Virus record (IMG/VR): IMGVR_UViG_3300029171_000018
Location: 1-41,578 of that record
Length of the DNA stretch: 41,578 nucleotides
DNA from: a virus
Lineage: Duplodnaviria > Caudoviricetes
Strand: one strand, 5' to 3'
Below, one piece after another: positions 25,120-34,379 of the stretch (positions are counted from its first letter, which is position 1; the number at the start of each line of letters is the position of its first letter). The notes beneath the pieces were generated by a model, which did no database searches, had not been told where the DNA came from, and was given only the letters and a program-made list of their open reading frames with translations. The translations under genes and the position numbers were made by a program.

Positions 25120-25442
25120 GCTATCACCTCATTAATCAGTCCCTCTGCAATTTCATCCCAATTGACCTCGGACAAAGCCCCCTGAAGCAACTGGGAATAA
25201 ACATCCGGAATCTCAGGCTGAGGCATGAACTCCATATGAGCAGCTTTCAGGCAATCCGCTAACCTATAAATAGCCGCATGTCGCTGCTTTAAAAGCCCCT
25301 CGCTCTTACTTGAGGTATTAAAAAAATCATTAGCCGTCTCTCGCCACGCTTCATGGGCCCCCTTGTTTTCATCAATCCATAAAGCCACACTCCAGGTCTC
25401 ATAATTAGTCCAACCATTGTATTTTTCATTGTTCATATTCAT
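25116..25442 (-). CDS. Conserved phage early protein (YNGWTNYETW family)
   Basis: YNGWTNYETW.V.LW and LSEVNW.EIA motifs. Confidence 0.75.
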   Translation of the reverse strand: MNMNNEKYNGWTNYETWSVALWIDENKGAHEAWRETANDFFNTSSKSEGLLKQRHAAIYRLADCLKAAHMEFMPQPEIPDVYSQLLQGALSEVNWDEIAEGLINEVIA

Positions 25443-25684
25443 TCCCCTTTCATTGCTTCTATATAAAGTTGTAGTTCATCACTTATTTTTGCGGCTAGTT
25501 CATGAGATAAGGAACGGCATCTAGTTTCAAAGGCATCGAGTGCGATTTTTGCGGTTATGGAATCTGGCGGGACCATGGGTAAAATACGGACATCGCACCT
25601 AACAAAAAAATCGCACAATATAATTTCAACCCCATTTTCGACTGGTATTTTTAAATGAATAGGCATTCGCTTCAATCTCCTCAC
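25439..25684 (-). CDS. Hypothetical protein
   Basis: Coupled ORF. Confidence 0.45.
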   Translation of the reverse strand: MRRLKRMPIHLKIPVENGVEIILCDFFVRCDVRILPMVPPDSITAKIALDAFETRCRSLSHELAAKISDELQLYIEAMKGE

Positions 25685-25701
25685 AAGAATTACAGTTATT
25701 G

Positions 25702-25911
25702 TTATTGAAAGTAGCTATTGGATAGCTTCAAAATCTCATTACGCCATTCATTAAACTCTTGCGGTGAATAAACCTTCACGGCATCTTTCCCATATCTATA
25801 GACCGTTGTTACTTTCACACCCTCCGGAACCTTCTCGTAGCAATTGGCCGCAAGATCGTTCCCTTCCCAAACTTTCTTCCCTTCAATTATGTTTTCGAAG
25901 CTAATCATCAT
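25702..25911 (-). CDS. Hypothetical protein, first gene of the leftward unit
   Basis: AAGGTAGG upstream. Confidence 0.55.
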   Translation of the reverse strand: MMISFENIIEGKKVWEGNDLAANCYEKVPEGVKVTTVYRYGKDAVKVYSPQEFNEWRNEILKLSNSYFQ

Positions 25912-25961
25912 TCACCTACCTTTCATTGATTTAAATTAACCTAATTTGCTATGTTTTGCAA

Positions 25962-25990
25962 TTAGTACTATGGTTGCGGGAGCATGTCAA
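25962..25990 (-). promoter_or_regulatory. Leftward early promoter candidate
   Basis: TTGACA-17 nt-TACTAA(T) at the strand switch. Confidence 0.45.
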
Positions 25991-26096
25991 TAGAAAAGAT
26001 TTAAGTTGAATTATTCACATGGAAGTGAATTGGTATTATTTAGCGTGCACCCCAATTCCTATATATTATATAGAGTACCTAAGAGAAAAATGAAGG

Positions 26097-26124
26097 TTGA
26101 CTATTACGGTAAACCTTATATCAT
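26097..26124 (+). promoter_or_regulatory. Rightward promoter candidate
   Basis: TTGACT-16 nt-TATCAT. Confidence 0.45.
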
Positions 26125-26169
26125 ATACAGACATTGGGCCCAATTCTAGATAGTTCTAAAAGGAAAGTA

Positions 26170-26217
26170 TTGACTTTGAGTGCCACTTTTCATAGACTGA
26201 AAATGAAAGTGGGGCAC
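26170..26217 (+). promoter_or_regulatory. Promoter candidate overlapped by an imperfect inverted repeat
   Basis: TTGACT-17 nt-TAGACT; GTGCCACTTTTCAT...ATGAAAGTGGGGCAC. Confidence 0.4.
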
Positions 26218-26220
26218 AAG

Positions 26221-26427
26221 ATGAAATTGCAAGGCATTATGAAGCGAAAATTCGGTTTTAGAATAGACCAAAGGGTTCAAAATGAGATTGATTTCTGCTG
26301 TCAGCAACTCAATACCATTCCAGCCAAGCTTATGAGGTCTCTTATCCACAATTGTTATTTAACCCAAAGAGAGCTTGAGGAAAAAAGGATAAGACACGAA
26401 AGGGGAATTAGCGACGATGCACTTTAG
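26221..26427 (+). CDS. Small RHH-like regulator (start uncertain)
   Basis: KFGFRIDQRVQNEID..C..LN..PAKLMRSLI pattern. Confidence 0.45.
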   Translation: MKLQGIMKRKFGFRIDQRVQNEIDFCCQQLNTIPAKLMRSLIHNCYLTQRELEEKRIRHERGISDDAL

Positions 26428-26626
26428 TAACATCAGCGATAAGTATTTAATTTCCCTCACCACGCCCCAGAAGGAAATGATTGCCGAGATAGCCACGATT
26501 CTTTCGACACCAGAGCGAGAGGCCACAATAGCACAGGTGTACAAGGTGGCCCTTGAGCACTTTTACGACTATATCAAACGGCTTGAGGTTAACGACCCTG
26601 GCCTAATCAACATGCTACGCAAGTAG
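26417..26626 (+). CDS. Small putative DNA-binding protein
   Basis: YLISLT..QKEMI....TIAQVYKVAL pattern; overlaps the upstream gene. Confidence 0.45.
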   Translation: MHFSNISDKYLISLTTPQKEMIAEIATILSTPEREATIAQVYKVALEHFYDYIKRLEVNDPGLINMLRK

Positions 26627-27021
26627 CCCATTAATCTGTACATATTAATACCAATAGGCTGAAGGTGTCCCAATAGCCCCGTGGCGCAATGCCAAGGCAT
26701 GCCTGTTTTGGCTGGCTTTGGAAACCCAGGGGCCCTTGTCCCTATGGCCTAGCGTAATCGTTGAGCCTTGGGCTTGCTGGGCGCTGTGGTGACGTGTTGT
26801 TGGTGGCGTTGTGAGCCAGGGGCGAAAGGGCACCCCCATGTCAAGGGCGGCGGGGGTCGAAGTCGCGTTGCCACCCCCACCCCGCGTACACCCAACAAAT
26901 TTTTTGAAATTTTATTTTGTTCTAAGGTTTTATACCCCTTGACAAACCAAAAACTTTATGAACCAGCCCAAACTGAAACTTCATGATTGCCATCCAAGCG
27001 CATCCCATTTATTCTCACCCC

Positions 27022-27480
27022 ATGACCGACAGCCTGAAGTTGTATTCCACCAACCCAATCCGCGAAGCCTTGGAGCGAGCTTATCGATCTCGCATCAGTA
27101 GCCATGACAGGTTAGCGAAACTGAGCGAGGACGTGATCCACGAGATCTTAACGGAGCCGACAGAGTACGGTAAGGGTGGGAACGCCAGTATCAAGGCTGA
27201 GTTAGCCTTCAAGGTGCACAAGATGCACGTGGCTGAGCAGCCGCAGCACAACATCAACCAGAACTTGCAGGACGAGGCGAAGCGTCAGATTCCGATAGAG
27301 CCGTTGATGGTGACTAGGGACGAGGCGATGGACCACATGAGTAAGGTGTTGAAGTTGGAGCAAGAGACGATGGAGTGGAAGGCGCGGCGGATAGCGGAGC
27401 GGGACGAGAAGGCGCAAGAGATACAGGAGGTGAACAGGCATGGGCAACCCACTCGTCAACTTACCGTCATCGGATCCTGA
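27022..27480 (+). CDS. Putative terminase small subunit (start uncertain, 26983 possible)
   Basis: Helical ~150 aa ORF overlapping the TerL start. Confidence 0.55.
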   Translation: MTDSLKLYSTNPIREALERAYRSRISSHDRLAKLSEDVIHEILTEPTEYGKGGNASIKAELAFKVHKMHVAEQPQHNINQNLQDEAKRQIPIEPLMVTRDEAMDHMSKVLKLEQETMEWKARRIAERDEKAQEIQEVNRHGQPTRQLTVIGS

Positions 27481-28975
27481 GGCGATCCGTGAGAACTTCC
27501 GGTTTCACGAGTTCATCCGCACGATCATCCAACCGAACGAGCCTGACGGGTTCAAGCACCTGTCTGAGTTCCACAACTTCCTCATCTTCACGGCTACGCT
27601 GCCCCGATCAGCGACAGCGGCGCCACGAGGCAGCTTGAAGTCAACGATCTTGGCGAAGTACCGAGCCTTGCATCGGCTGGTGGATCCGCTCAGCCGCCCG
27701 AACCTCAGTGCACCGACGGAAGTGGCGATCGTCAGTGAGACGGAGAAGCTGAGCCAAGACCACTTGTTCTGGATCAAGACGCAGCTGAAGGAGAACCGGT
27801 ACCTGATCCAGAAGTACGGGGACCTAACGAACGACGAGTTGACCTGGAACGAGTCGGACATCCGCCTCACCAATGGCCGCAGATGCATGGCCCTGGGCTA
27901 CGGCAGCCAGATCCGCGGCCGGCATCCTTCGGACATCATTGTGGACGACTTAGAGTCCTTGAAGAACATGGGGACTGAGGACACTCTCCTCAAGCTGAAG
28001 GATTGGTTCTTCCGTGTTCTGTACTTCGCCAGCATCCCTGAGACGCACATTACAGTGATCGGCACGATCATCACGCCGAACTCCCTGCTGTCGGAGCTGC
28101 TGACGTCACCTGAATGGATTGGGCGGACTTGGGAGGCCTTGCAGGATGATGACACCAAGTCGATCTGGCCTGAGCGCTGGTCCGTAGAGGCGCTGATCAA
28201 AGAGCGCGCGTCTGTAGGGATCCATCGCTTCAATGCTGAGAAGCAGAACCGGCCGTTGTCCAGTGCCGACCCGATCATCTTTGAGGAGTGGATCCGTCGG
28301 CATACGGAGGAGACTCTCTCCACTCTACAGGGTGTGAAGATCTACATCGCAGTGGACCCGGCGTTCACGACGGAGCGATGGGGTTGCAACTCGGGTATTG
28401 TGGTGATGAAGGAGGCGAGCAATGGGATGCTCTACGAGCAGCTGGCCTGGAAGCGGAAGGTAACAGGGCCTGATCTGATCCGGACGATCATGGACTTCTA
28501 CTACCACTTCCAGAGAGAGGGCTTGCCGATCCGGTTAGGCGTGGAGGAGGTGCAAGCGCAGAAGATGATCCGTCAGAGCATCAACGAGCTGAACCCTGAC
28601 ATTGAGGTGATCCCGATGAAGCCTGACAAGGACAAGGCGCGCCGGCTGATCGATGTCAGTCGCTACTTCGAGATGGGGATCGTGTCTTTGAAGACGCCGT
28701 CTCTCATTGAGGAGGTGCTGTCGTTCCCGCACGGGGAGAAGGACAGAGTGGACTCCTTGGTGTGGACATTGAAGCTCTACGAGATGGAGCATCCGATAAT
28801 CTTGAATAGTCAATACGAAGAGATTGACCATTTGAAGAATATGGACGATGATACGAGGCAATGGTTCATGGAGAGGGCGGAGGCGGGGCTTCCTGGGTAT
28901 CAGCCGCCGGCGAGTTGGATCAGGCAGTACAATCAAGCGCAGTTGATCAGCGCGCTTGTCGATGAGGGGTTTTGA
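27440..28975 (+). CDS. terL: Terminase large subunit
   Basis: APRGSLKST, IRGRHP..IIVDD, VIGT, WPERWS, IAVDPA and DRVDS motifs. Confidence 0.93.
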   Translation: MGNPLVNLPSSDPEAIRENFRFHEFIRTIIQPNEPDGFKHLSEFHNFLIFTATLPRSATAAPRGSLKSTILAKYRALHRLVDPLSRPNLSAPTEVAIVSETEKLSQDHLFWIKTQLKENRYLIQKYGDLTNDELTWNESDIRLTNGRRCMALGYGSQIRGRHPSDIIVDDLESLKNMGTEDTLLKLKDWFFRVLYFASIPETHITVIGTIITPNSLLSELLTSPEWIGRTWEALQDDDTKSIWPERWSVEALIKERASVGIHRFNAEKQNRPLSSADPIIFEEWIRRHTEETLSTLQGVKIYIAVDPAFTTERWGCNSGIVVMKEASNGMLYEQLAWKRKVTGPDLIRTIMDFYYHFQREGLPIRLGVEEVQAQKMIRQSINELNPDIEVIPMKPDKDKARRLIDVSRYFEMGIVSLKTPSLIEEVLSFPHGEKDRVDSLVWTLKLYEMEHPIILNSQYEEIDHLKNMDDDTRQWFMERAEAGLPGYQPPASWIRQYNQAQLISALVDEGF

Positions 28976-29184
28976 TGATAAGAGTGTTCGCGGCGCAGAT
29001 TGACTTAACGAATCCTGACAAGACTAGGAACAACTTGAACTTGCTGGAGAACGAAGTGAACACGTTCGTGAGGGATCCTGCGGTGACGATCGTGAGTCAG
29101 CGGCACAAGACAGAGGAGTGGGTAGGGTACGCAGACGGGTTGATCATGACGGTTTTGGTAGAGTACAACATTCGACATCGGTAG
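28972..29184 (+). CDS. Hypothetical protein
   Basis: Coupled to the TerL stop. Confidence 0.55.
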   Translation: MMIRVFAAQIDLTNPDKTRNNLNLLENEVNTFVRDPAVTIVSQRHKTEEWVGYADGLIMTVLVEYNIRHR

Positions 29185-29208
29185 AACACATTCAATAAGG
29201 AGGGAGTT

Positions 29209-29607
29209 ATGGCAGTATCGACAGCGGTCTTAGGAGAAGTGGCAACGGACATCAAGTCATTACAGCAGCTATGCTTGACTAACCAGGAGACTAACACTTG
29301 GCATGATGCGTACACGCAGCAGATTCAGCAGTTGCAGACGTTAGCAACCGATGCCGTTCCGGACGCAGTGGCGTTGGCGTACTTGGACGCGAACCGAGCA
29401 TTCATCACCAACTCTGGCGGCGCTCCAGTGGATTTGGATTACAACGGGCAGACCTTCACGTTCACGAACGGCAAGGTGTACAACCCTTCGAAAGAAGAGG
29501 CTGCGTTCTTTATTGCAGAGGCTGATCGTCTTGGTTACAGCGTGGTGCAATCGACGGTAGCGGCGTATACGCCGGCTAACGGTATTGTAGCGACGTACTT
29601 TCAATAA
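29209..29607 (+). CDS. Hypothetical (possible virion) protein
   Basis: AAGGAGG RBS. Confidence 0.65.
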   Translation: MAVSTAVLGEVATDIKSLQQLCLTNQETNTWHDAYTQQIQQLQTLATDAVPDAVALAYLDANRAFITNSGGAPVDLDYNGQTFTFTNGKVYNPSKEEAAFFIAEADRLGYSVVQSTVAAYTPANGIVATYFQ

Positions 29608-29622
29608 ACCAAGGAGGCGACT

Positions 29623-29931
29623 ATGTACGCGAAGTTGAAGAAAGCGCTAGATGAGTTATCGTCGTTGGTTGAAGAGAACCGTGAGGCGTTGGACAAGGCG
29701 ACGTATGGTAAGGCAGGCGAGAACAAGGAGACTGGAGATTTGGAAATGGATTCAGGATCTGAGGATGCGGCTGCTGAGAGTTACAACGCAGTAGACGAGC
29801 TTGAAGACATGGCCGCAGCAGCAGCGGAAGAGACGGACAGTGAGCCGACAGAAGAGGATGACGACCAAACGTATGCTCATCCGAAGAAGAAGGCTCCTAG
29901 GGCCAAGTACGCAGCGAAAGGGATGTTCTAA
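29623..29931 (+). CDS. Acidic low-complexity protein with basic tail
   Basis: AAGGAGG RBS; E/D-rich, ends KKKAPRAKYAAKGMF. Confidence 0.65.
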   Translation: MYAKLKKALDELSSLVEENREALDKATYGKAGENKETGDLEMDSGSEDAAAESYNAVDELEDMAAAAAEETDSEPTEEDDDQTYAHPKKKAPRAKYAAKGMF

Positions 29932-30026
29932 TGGCAGACCAGCAACCAGTTGACCCTAAGACGAAGGCAGCGATGGAGAAGCTCATTGCGGGGATCCGTA
30001 AGACGATGAGCTTGCCGGAGAAGTGA
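29931..30026 (+). CDS. 31-aa ORF (absent from ORF track)
   Basis: TAATG-coupled; MADQQPVDPKTKAAMEKLIAGIRKTMSLPEK. Confidence 0.45.
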   Translation: MADQQPVDPKTKAAMEKLIAGIRKTMSLPEK

Positions 30027-30033
30027 GGAGACG

Positions 30034-30507
30034 ATGCCAGAGAAACTTAAGGACATGAATCTTGAGATTCTGTGCTTGTGTGGTTGCGGTACGCGTTTCT
30101 TAAAATTTGATAAGAAACGGCGACCTAGGAAATACGTTTCTGGGCATAATCCTAGTTGGAATTCAGGTAAAGATTCTAGACTTACTGTTATTTGCAAGCA
30201 TTGTAGTTCTGAATTTAAATTTTATCGAACCAAATCGAAAGGACAATTTTGTTCTAAAAAATGTCAACATGAATTTGATTATCCTGGATGTGTTTGGAAA
30301 GGTAAAAATGGATACCTTTATTTTCAGAAAAGTAGAAAAGCAAAGTTCCTGGTACATAGATTGATAGCGGATGCTCCGAAAGGATCTATTGTTCATCATA
30401 AAGATCATAACAAATTGAATAATTCTTTGGACAATTTAGAATTAATAAAAAGTCAAAGTGAACATTTGAAAAGGCATTGGGTAGAAGGAACATACGAATG
30501 CCGTTAA
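30034..30507 (+). CDS. Free-standing HNH endonuclease
   Basis: CLCGCG, CKHC/FCSKKC, VHRLIA..IVHHKDHNKLNNSLDNL..H; AT-rich. Confidence 0.9.
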   Translation: MPEKLKDMNLEILCLCGCGTRFLKFDKKRRPRKYVSGHNPSWNSGKDSRLTVICKHCSSEFKFYRTKSKGQFCSKKCQHEFDYPGCVWKGKNGYLYFQKSRKAKFLVHRLIADAPKGSIVHHKDHNKLNNSLDNLELIKSQSEHLKRHWVEGTYECR

Positions 30508-30668
30508 AGTTAGAGAGAAAATTGAAAAAGGAAGCTTCAAAACGCGGCTATGGAAAAGAAAGAACTGGAGCTTTTGTTTATGGTACTATGAGAGACAAAT
30601 TAGATTGGACTCCGTCCACAGAGAAGAAGAAGCGCAAGCATCCATTGAAGGGGATGTTCAAAACTTAA
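30498..30668 (+). CDS. Small basic protein
   Basis: MPLKLERKLKKEA...AFVYGTM; AAGGA upstream. Confidence 0.6.
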   Translation: MPLKLERKLKKEASKRGYGKERTGAFVYGTMRDKLDWTPSTEKKKRKHPLKGMFKT

Positions 30669-30683
30669 ACAAAGGAGAATGAT

Positions 30684-30959
30684 ATGGCAGCAGCAGTAAC
30701 TTCGATTATGAGAGATGATACACAGACGAAAGAGGCGTATGAGACGTTCAGTGTGGTGCTTGGGGCAGCCGATACGACTGCGGTGATAACCCCAACCAAT
30801 ATTAAAGCGATTGACCATGTTGAGATCACCCCTGCGAACGCAGCGGCAGCTTCTAACGGCGGGTATGTGACCACGTTTGCTCCGGGGTCTGCGACTGTGA
30901 CTTTGACTAGTGCGAACAGCACTGAGTTCTTCGTGACTGTGTTTGGCCGGGTGGCATGA
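30684..30959 (+). CDS. Small beta-rich putative virion protein
   Basis: AAGGAG RBS; Ala/Thr/Val-rich. Confidence 0.6.
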   Translation: MAAAVTSIMRDDTQTKEAYETFSVVLGAADTTAVITPTNIKAIDHVEITPANAAAASNGGYVTTFAPGSATVTLTSANSTEFFVTVFGRVA

Positions 30960-31366
30960 TGAGACAAGGCAAGAAGCCGACACCGAAGCAGTTGGCGTAT
31001 TGGTCGAGGAATAAGCGAGTTTCTCCAACGAACAAAAACTATGGTATGGAGGCGCCGGCGTCACAGCCGGTGCCTCTGCATCATCAATTTGATGAGTGTC
31101 AGGGTTGTAAGGTTCGGCAAGAGATGATTGAGCATTTGAAGCTTGAGTTACAACGAGTTCGTGACATCAACGGGCAGTTGGAGAACAAGTTCATGGCGAT
31201 GGTTGGTCCAGCGGCTGATTCGTATAATCGGATGAGGATGACGGAGTTGGCGCATGTAAGGCCGGCGATGTTCAGCCAGAGTGTAAGTCGTGATGACATT
31301 ATGGTTGATCCTGAACAAGAGGCGGCTGAGTTCATAATGAAAGGGGCAATGGGGATCACCTCATGA
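30956..31366 (+). CDS. Hypothetical coiled-coil protein
   Basis: ATGA-coupled on both sides; CQGC. Confidence 0.6.
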   Translation: MMRQGKKPTPKQLAYWSRNKRVSPTNKNYGMEAPASQPVPLHHQFDECQGCKVRQEMIEHLKLELQRVRDINGQLENKFMAMVGPAADSYNRMRMTELAHVRPAMFSQSVSRDDIMVDPEQEAAEFIMKGAMGITS

Positions 31367-33567
31367 GTTCGTATTCCTTTCAATACAATGATTTGAATTT
31401 AGACAAGTTGGAGAAGACGCAAGATCCGAAGCGTCTTGTAGCCATGCTTGGCACGTTGATATCTGGAGATTCGGATGCGAAGGTGTTGCCGGCGCGGCAG
31501 TGGTTAGAGAGTTTCTTGTATTATGCTGGCAGTAGGAACTTGGCTTCTCGGTTTGCGGGAGGCACTGTCACTGGGAACTCATTGGGGATGGGGGCGAACA
31601 GGGACGCGCAGATTTATAGGCGGCGGATTCCGAAGTTGTTCAAGGCGGTGCAGGTGCAAGCGAGTAACATGACTCGCCAGCGGCCCGGCATTAAGGTTTG
31701 GCCTGAGGATGATGGGGAGATCAGTGAGCGCAAGGCCAAGCTATCGAACATTGTGCTGGACTACTTCTGGGACACGGATCATGAGAACGATAGTTATTAT
31801 GAGGCGATGTTGTGGGCGCTGTTGACTCCGATGGTGGCTCGCAAGGATTACATCAGTTACGAGTACAATCGATCAAGACTTTGGCCAGTGATGAACGATG
31901 CAGTGGATCCACTAACTGGCCAACCTACCAAAGAGCAGGCCTTCTCTGAGCGAGGAGAGCCGATTTTAGAACAACTTCCTTGGAACAAGACAGAGATTGT
32001 GAGTGCGTTCAGGTTCATTGTGAACCCGATGGCGAACTGGCTGGAGACGATGGACTTTGCCGCAGACGTGTCGATTAAGAGAATCGGCGCGGTTCGTCAG
32101 CAGTTCAATCGGCAGGGGGAGGGGTACTATCCTGAGAATTTGGAGAATGTGAAGCCTGGGTCTTGGCGGTTCACGCCAGCGATGGCGATGGAGATGGCGC
32201 TGAAGCAGCTGACGTTCGGGATGTTTAGATCGTATAGGAACTGGAACTACTCGAACTTGATGATGCAAGACGGAGTGGTGCAGATTGATCTGTATGTGAA
32301 GCCGTCACCGGCTTGGCCGAAGGGCAGACAGATCGTGGTAGCGAACGGAGAGTGCTTGTATGATGGAGACTCGACAGCGTACCGAGAGTCTCCGATCACG
32401 ATGTGGCATCCGTACTCGATCTTGACTTATGAAAGAGTGCCTGGGCGGATGTGGGGAACGAGTTATTCGGAGAAGTTGCTGGATCAGCAACGCGCGTATG
32501 AGCAAGCGCGAACGGAGATGGATCAGTTACGACGATCCCTTACCAAGCCGAAGATCGCGATGCCGATCGGGGCGCAGTTAGATACGGACACGATCACAGG
32601 CAACGAAGAGATTTGGAGATACAATCCGTTTGGTCCAGCCGGCGGTGTGCCGAGCTTCATGTCAGCGCCTCAGCCGTCGACAGTGTTGATGGATGACACG
32701 AAGCTACAAGCGCAGGAATGGGTGGAGTCGTCTGGTGTGACGGAGATCATGCAGGGGATACGGCCGCAGGGAGTGACGACGTACCGTGGGCTTGAAGTGC
32801 TTAGGGAAGAAGCGAGCAATGCTCAGAATAACTTTATTAGGATGTTTGAGAGCTTCATGCAGGACAGCCAGTTCAATAAGCTTGAGAACATTCGAAGGTC
32901 GCTTTATTATCCTGATAAGAACTTAGTGAACGCGCTTAAGATTTTTAAGAAGATGAGTCAGTATGTGACGGACGTGGACGTGAAGGACTTTGCAGGCAGT
33001 GATCTTGCGGGGTACGTGAAGATTGAGCCGTATTCGTCCATTGGAAGAAGCAAGCTTGCGCAGCAGGAGAAGTACATGAACTTAGCGCAACTAGGAGTGT
33101 TAGGGAATATTCAGGGAGATCCTGACTTGAACAACGAGTTCAAGCGCAAGATGGACATCATGGGATTCGATGCGCCTAGCAACAAGCAGGTGAACTTGGC
33201 GAGGTATGAGAACCAGTTGATGTTGCAATCGGAGGAGACTCAGCAGATCATTAATCCGCCGGTGTATCCGTGGCACGATGATATTCTGCACATGAGAGAG
33301 ATTGAGAATTTGCTGTTAGATCCGACAATGCAAGAAAAACAATTTGTCTTTCAATCGCTCTTGGCTCATTATGAAGCACATAAGCAGCAAGCGGCTCAAA
33401 AGCAAGCTCAGCAGATGCAGATGCAACAACAGATGGCGATGATGGGAGTAGCTCCAGAGATGGCTGGCCAAGAAGGGCCGAAGCAGAACCCACAAGAGAT
33501 TAAGACGAGTCAGGAAGCGATCTTTTCACCAGAATCCGGTGGATCCACCGGGCAACAGATGATGTAA
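31363..33567 (+). CDS. Portal protein
   Basis: 734 aa between TerL and scaffold; PGRMWG.S..E.L.DQQR.Y segment, G...IMQG, Gln-rich C-terminus. Confidence 0.85.
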   Translation: MSSYSFQYNDLNLDKLEKTQDPKRLVAMLGTLISGDSDAKVLPARQWLESFLYYAGSRNLASRFAGGTVTGNSLGMGANRDAQIYRRRIPKLFKAVQVQASNMTRQRPGIKVWPEDDGEISERKAKLSNIVLDYFWDTDHENDSYYEAMLWALLTPMVARKDYISYEYNRSRLWPVMNDAVDPLTGQPTKEQAFSERGEPILEQLPWNKTEIVSAFRFIVNPMANWLETMDFAADVSIKRIGAVRQQFNRQGEGYYPENLENVKPGSWRFTPAMAMEMALKQLTFGMFRSYRNWNYSNLMMQDGVVQIDLYVKPSPAWPKGRQIVVANGECLYDGDSTAYRESPITMWHPYSILTYERVPGRMWGTSYSEKLLDQQRAYEQARTEMDQLRRSLTKPKIAMPIGAQLDTDTITGNEEIWRYNPFGPAGGVPSFMSAPQPSTVLMDDTKLQAQEWVESSGVTEIMQGIRPQGVTTYRGLEVLREEASNAQNNFIRMFESFMQDSQFNKLENIRRSLYYPDKNLVNALKIFKKMSQYVTDVDVKDFAGSDLAGYVKIEPYSSIGRSKLAQQEKYMNLAQLGVLGNIQGDPDLNNEFKRKMDIMGFDAPSNKQVNLARYENQLMLQSEETQQIINPPVYPWHDDILHMREIENLLLDPTMQEKQFVFQSLLAHYEAHKQQAAQKQAQQMQMQQQMAMMGVAPEMAGQEGPKQNPQEIKTSQEAIFSPESGGSTGQQMM

Positions 33568-33577
33568 GGAGAGACCC

Positions 33578-34366
33578 ATGGGTCAAGGCGTAGAAACAGG
33601 ACAAGCGGCAGCACATCAAGTCGGAGACAGTCAAGACAAAGAAGATGTTAAGGCTTTGAAAGAGAAGCTGGCTTCCATGGAATCGAACATGTCTGTCTTG
33701 GAGAAGAAGGCTGCAACGTTTGATGAGATGGACAAGAAGTATCGGACAGATCCGAAATTTCGAGCGACATTTGATGAGGCATGGTTTGGCAAGAAAGAAA
33801 ACAAACAAGCGGCACAAGATTCCACCCCGGAAGACTTCTTCAAAACTGAACTCGAAACTTCTCGAGAAAAGATTAAGGCTCTTGAAGAGCAGATCGAAGG
33901 TGTTAAGGAGTATTTCGTTGGAGACAAGGTCCAATCTAAGCGAGACGGGTTGAATGTTCGTTATGAGCAGGAGTTTCAGGAGTTAGCAGAAGAGGTTGGT
34001 TACACTCCAGGGACGGAAGCTTACGAAATATTGTTTGATAACACCGTTCGTGAAGGTTACAATGTTGCCAAGAAGCTTGGGTTGGTAAACGGGCAAGGTC
34101 AATCCGATCCTTTGATCAAGTACAATGAGTTGTTCATGAAAGAGGCTTTCACGAAAGCTTTCGAGAAGCATAAGAAAGCCGGGTTTGATTTAGCTTGGAA
34201 GCGTAAACAGGACGCGCTTAGAATTGAGAAGGAGAAATCGACGCCGAATGAGATGGCAAGATTTTTCAAGCCTGAGAATTTGAAAACAATGTCTGATCGC
34301 GCACGGGCATTGGAGAAAGCTTTTAAGTGGAAGATGCGTGGTGCGGATTTTAAAAATTTAACTTAA
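33578..34366 (+). CDS. Capsid scaffolding protein
   Basis: Charged coiled coil between portal and major capsid gene. Confidence 0.65.
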   Translation: MGQGVETGQAAAHQVGDSQDKEDVKALKEKLASMESNMSVLEKKAATFDEMDKKYRTDPKFRATFDEAWFGKKENKQAAQDSTPEDFFKTELETSREKIKALEEQIEGVKEYFVGDKVQSKRDGLNVRYEQEFQELAEEVGYTPGTEAYEILFDNTVREGYNVAKKLGLVNGQGQSDPLIKYNELFMKEAFTKAFEKHKKAGFDLAWKRKQDALRIEKEKSTPNEMARFFKPENLKTMSDRARALEKAFKWKMRGADFKNLT

Positions 34367-34379
34367 TGAGGAGGCGCTT

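Noticed and set aside
26625-26655. dif-like or protelomerase site
   Set aside because: Poor match to XerC/XerD arms, palindrome too short, and no protelomerase gene
30034-30507. Group I intron around the HNH, or trans-homing partner of the mini-intein
   Set aside because: No non-coding flanks to hold an intron core; the intein is over 10 kb away and nothing links the two
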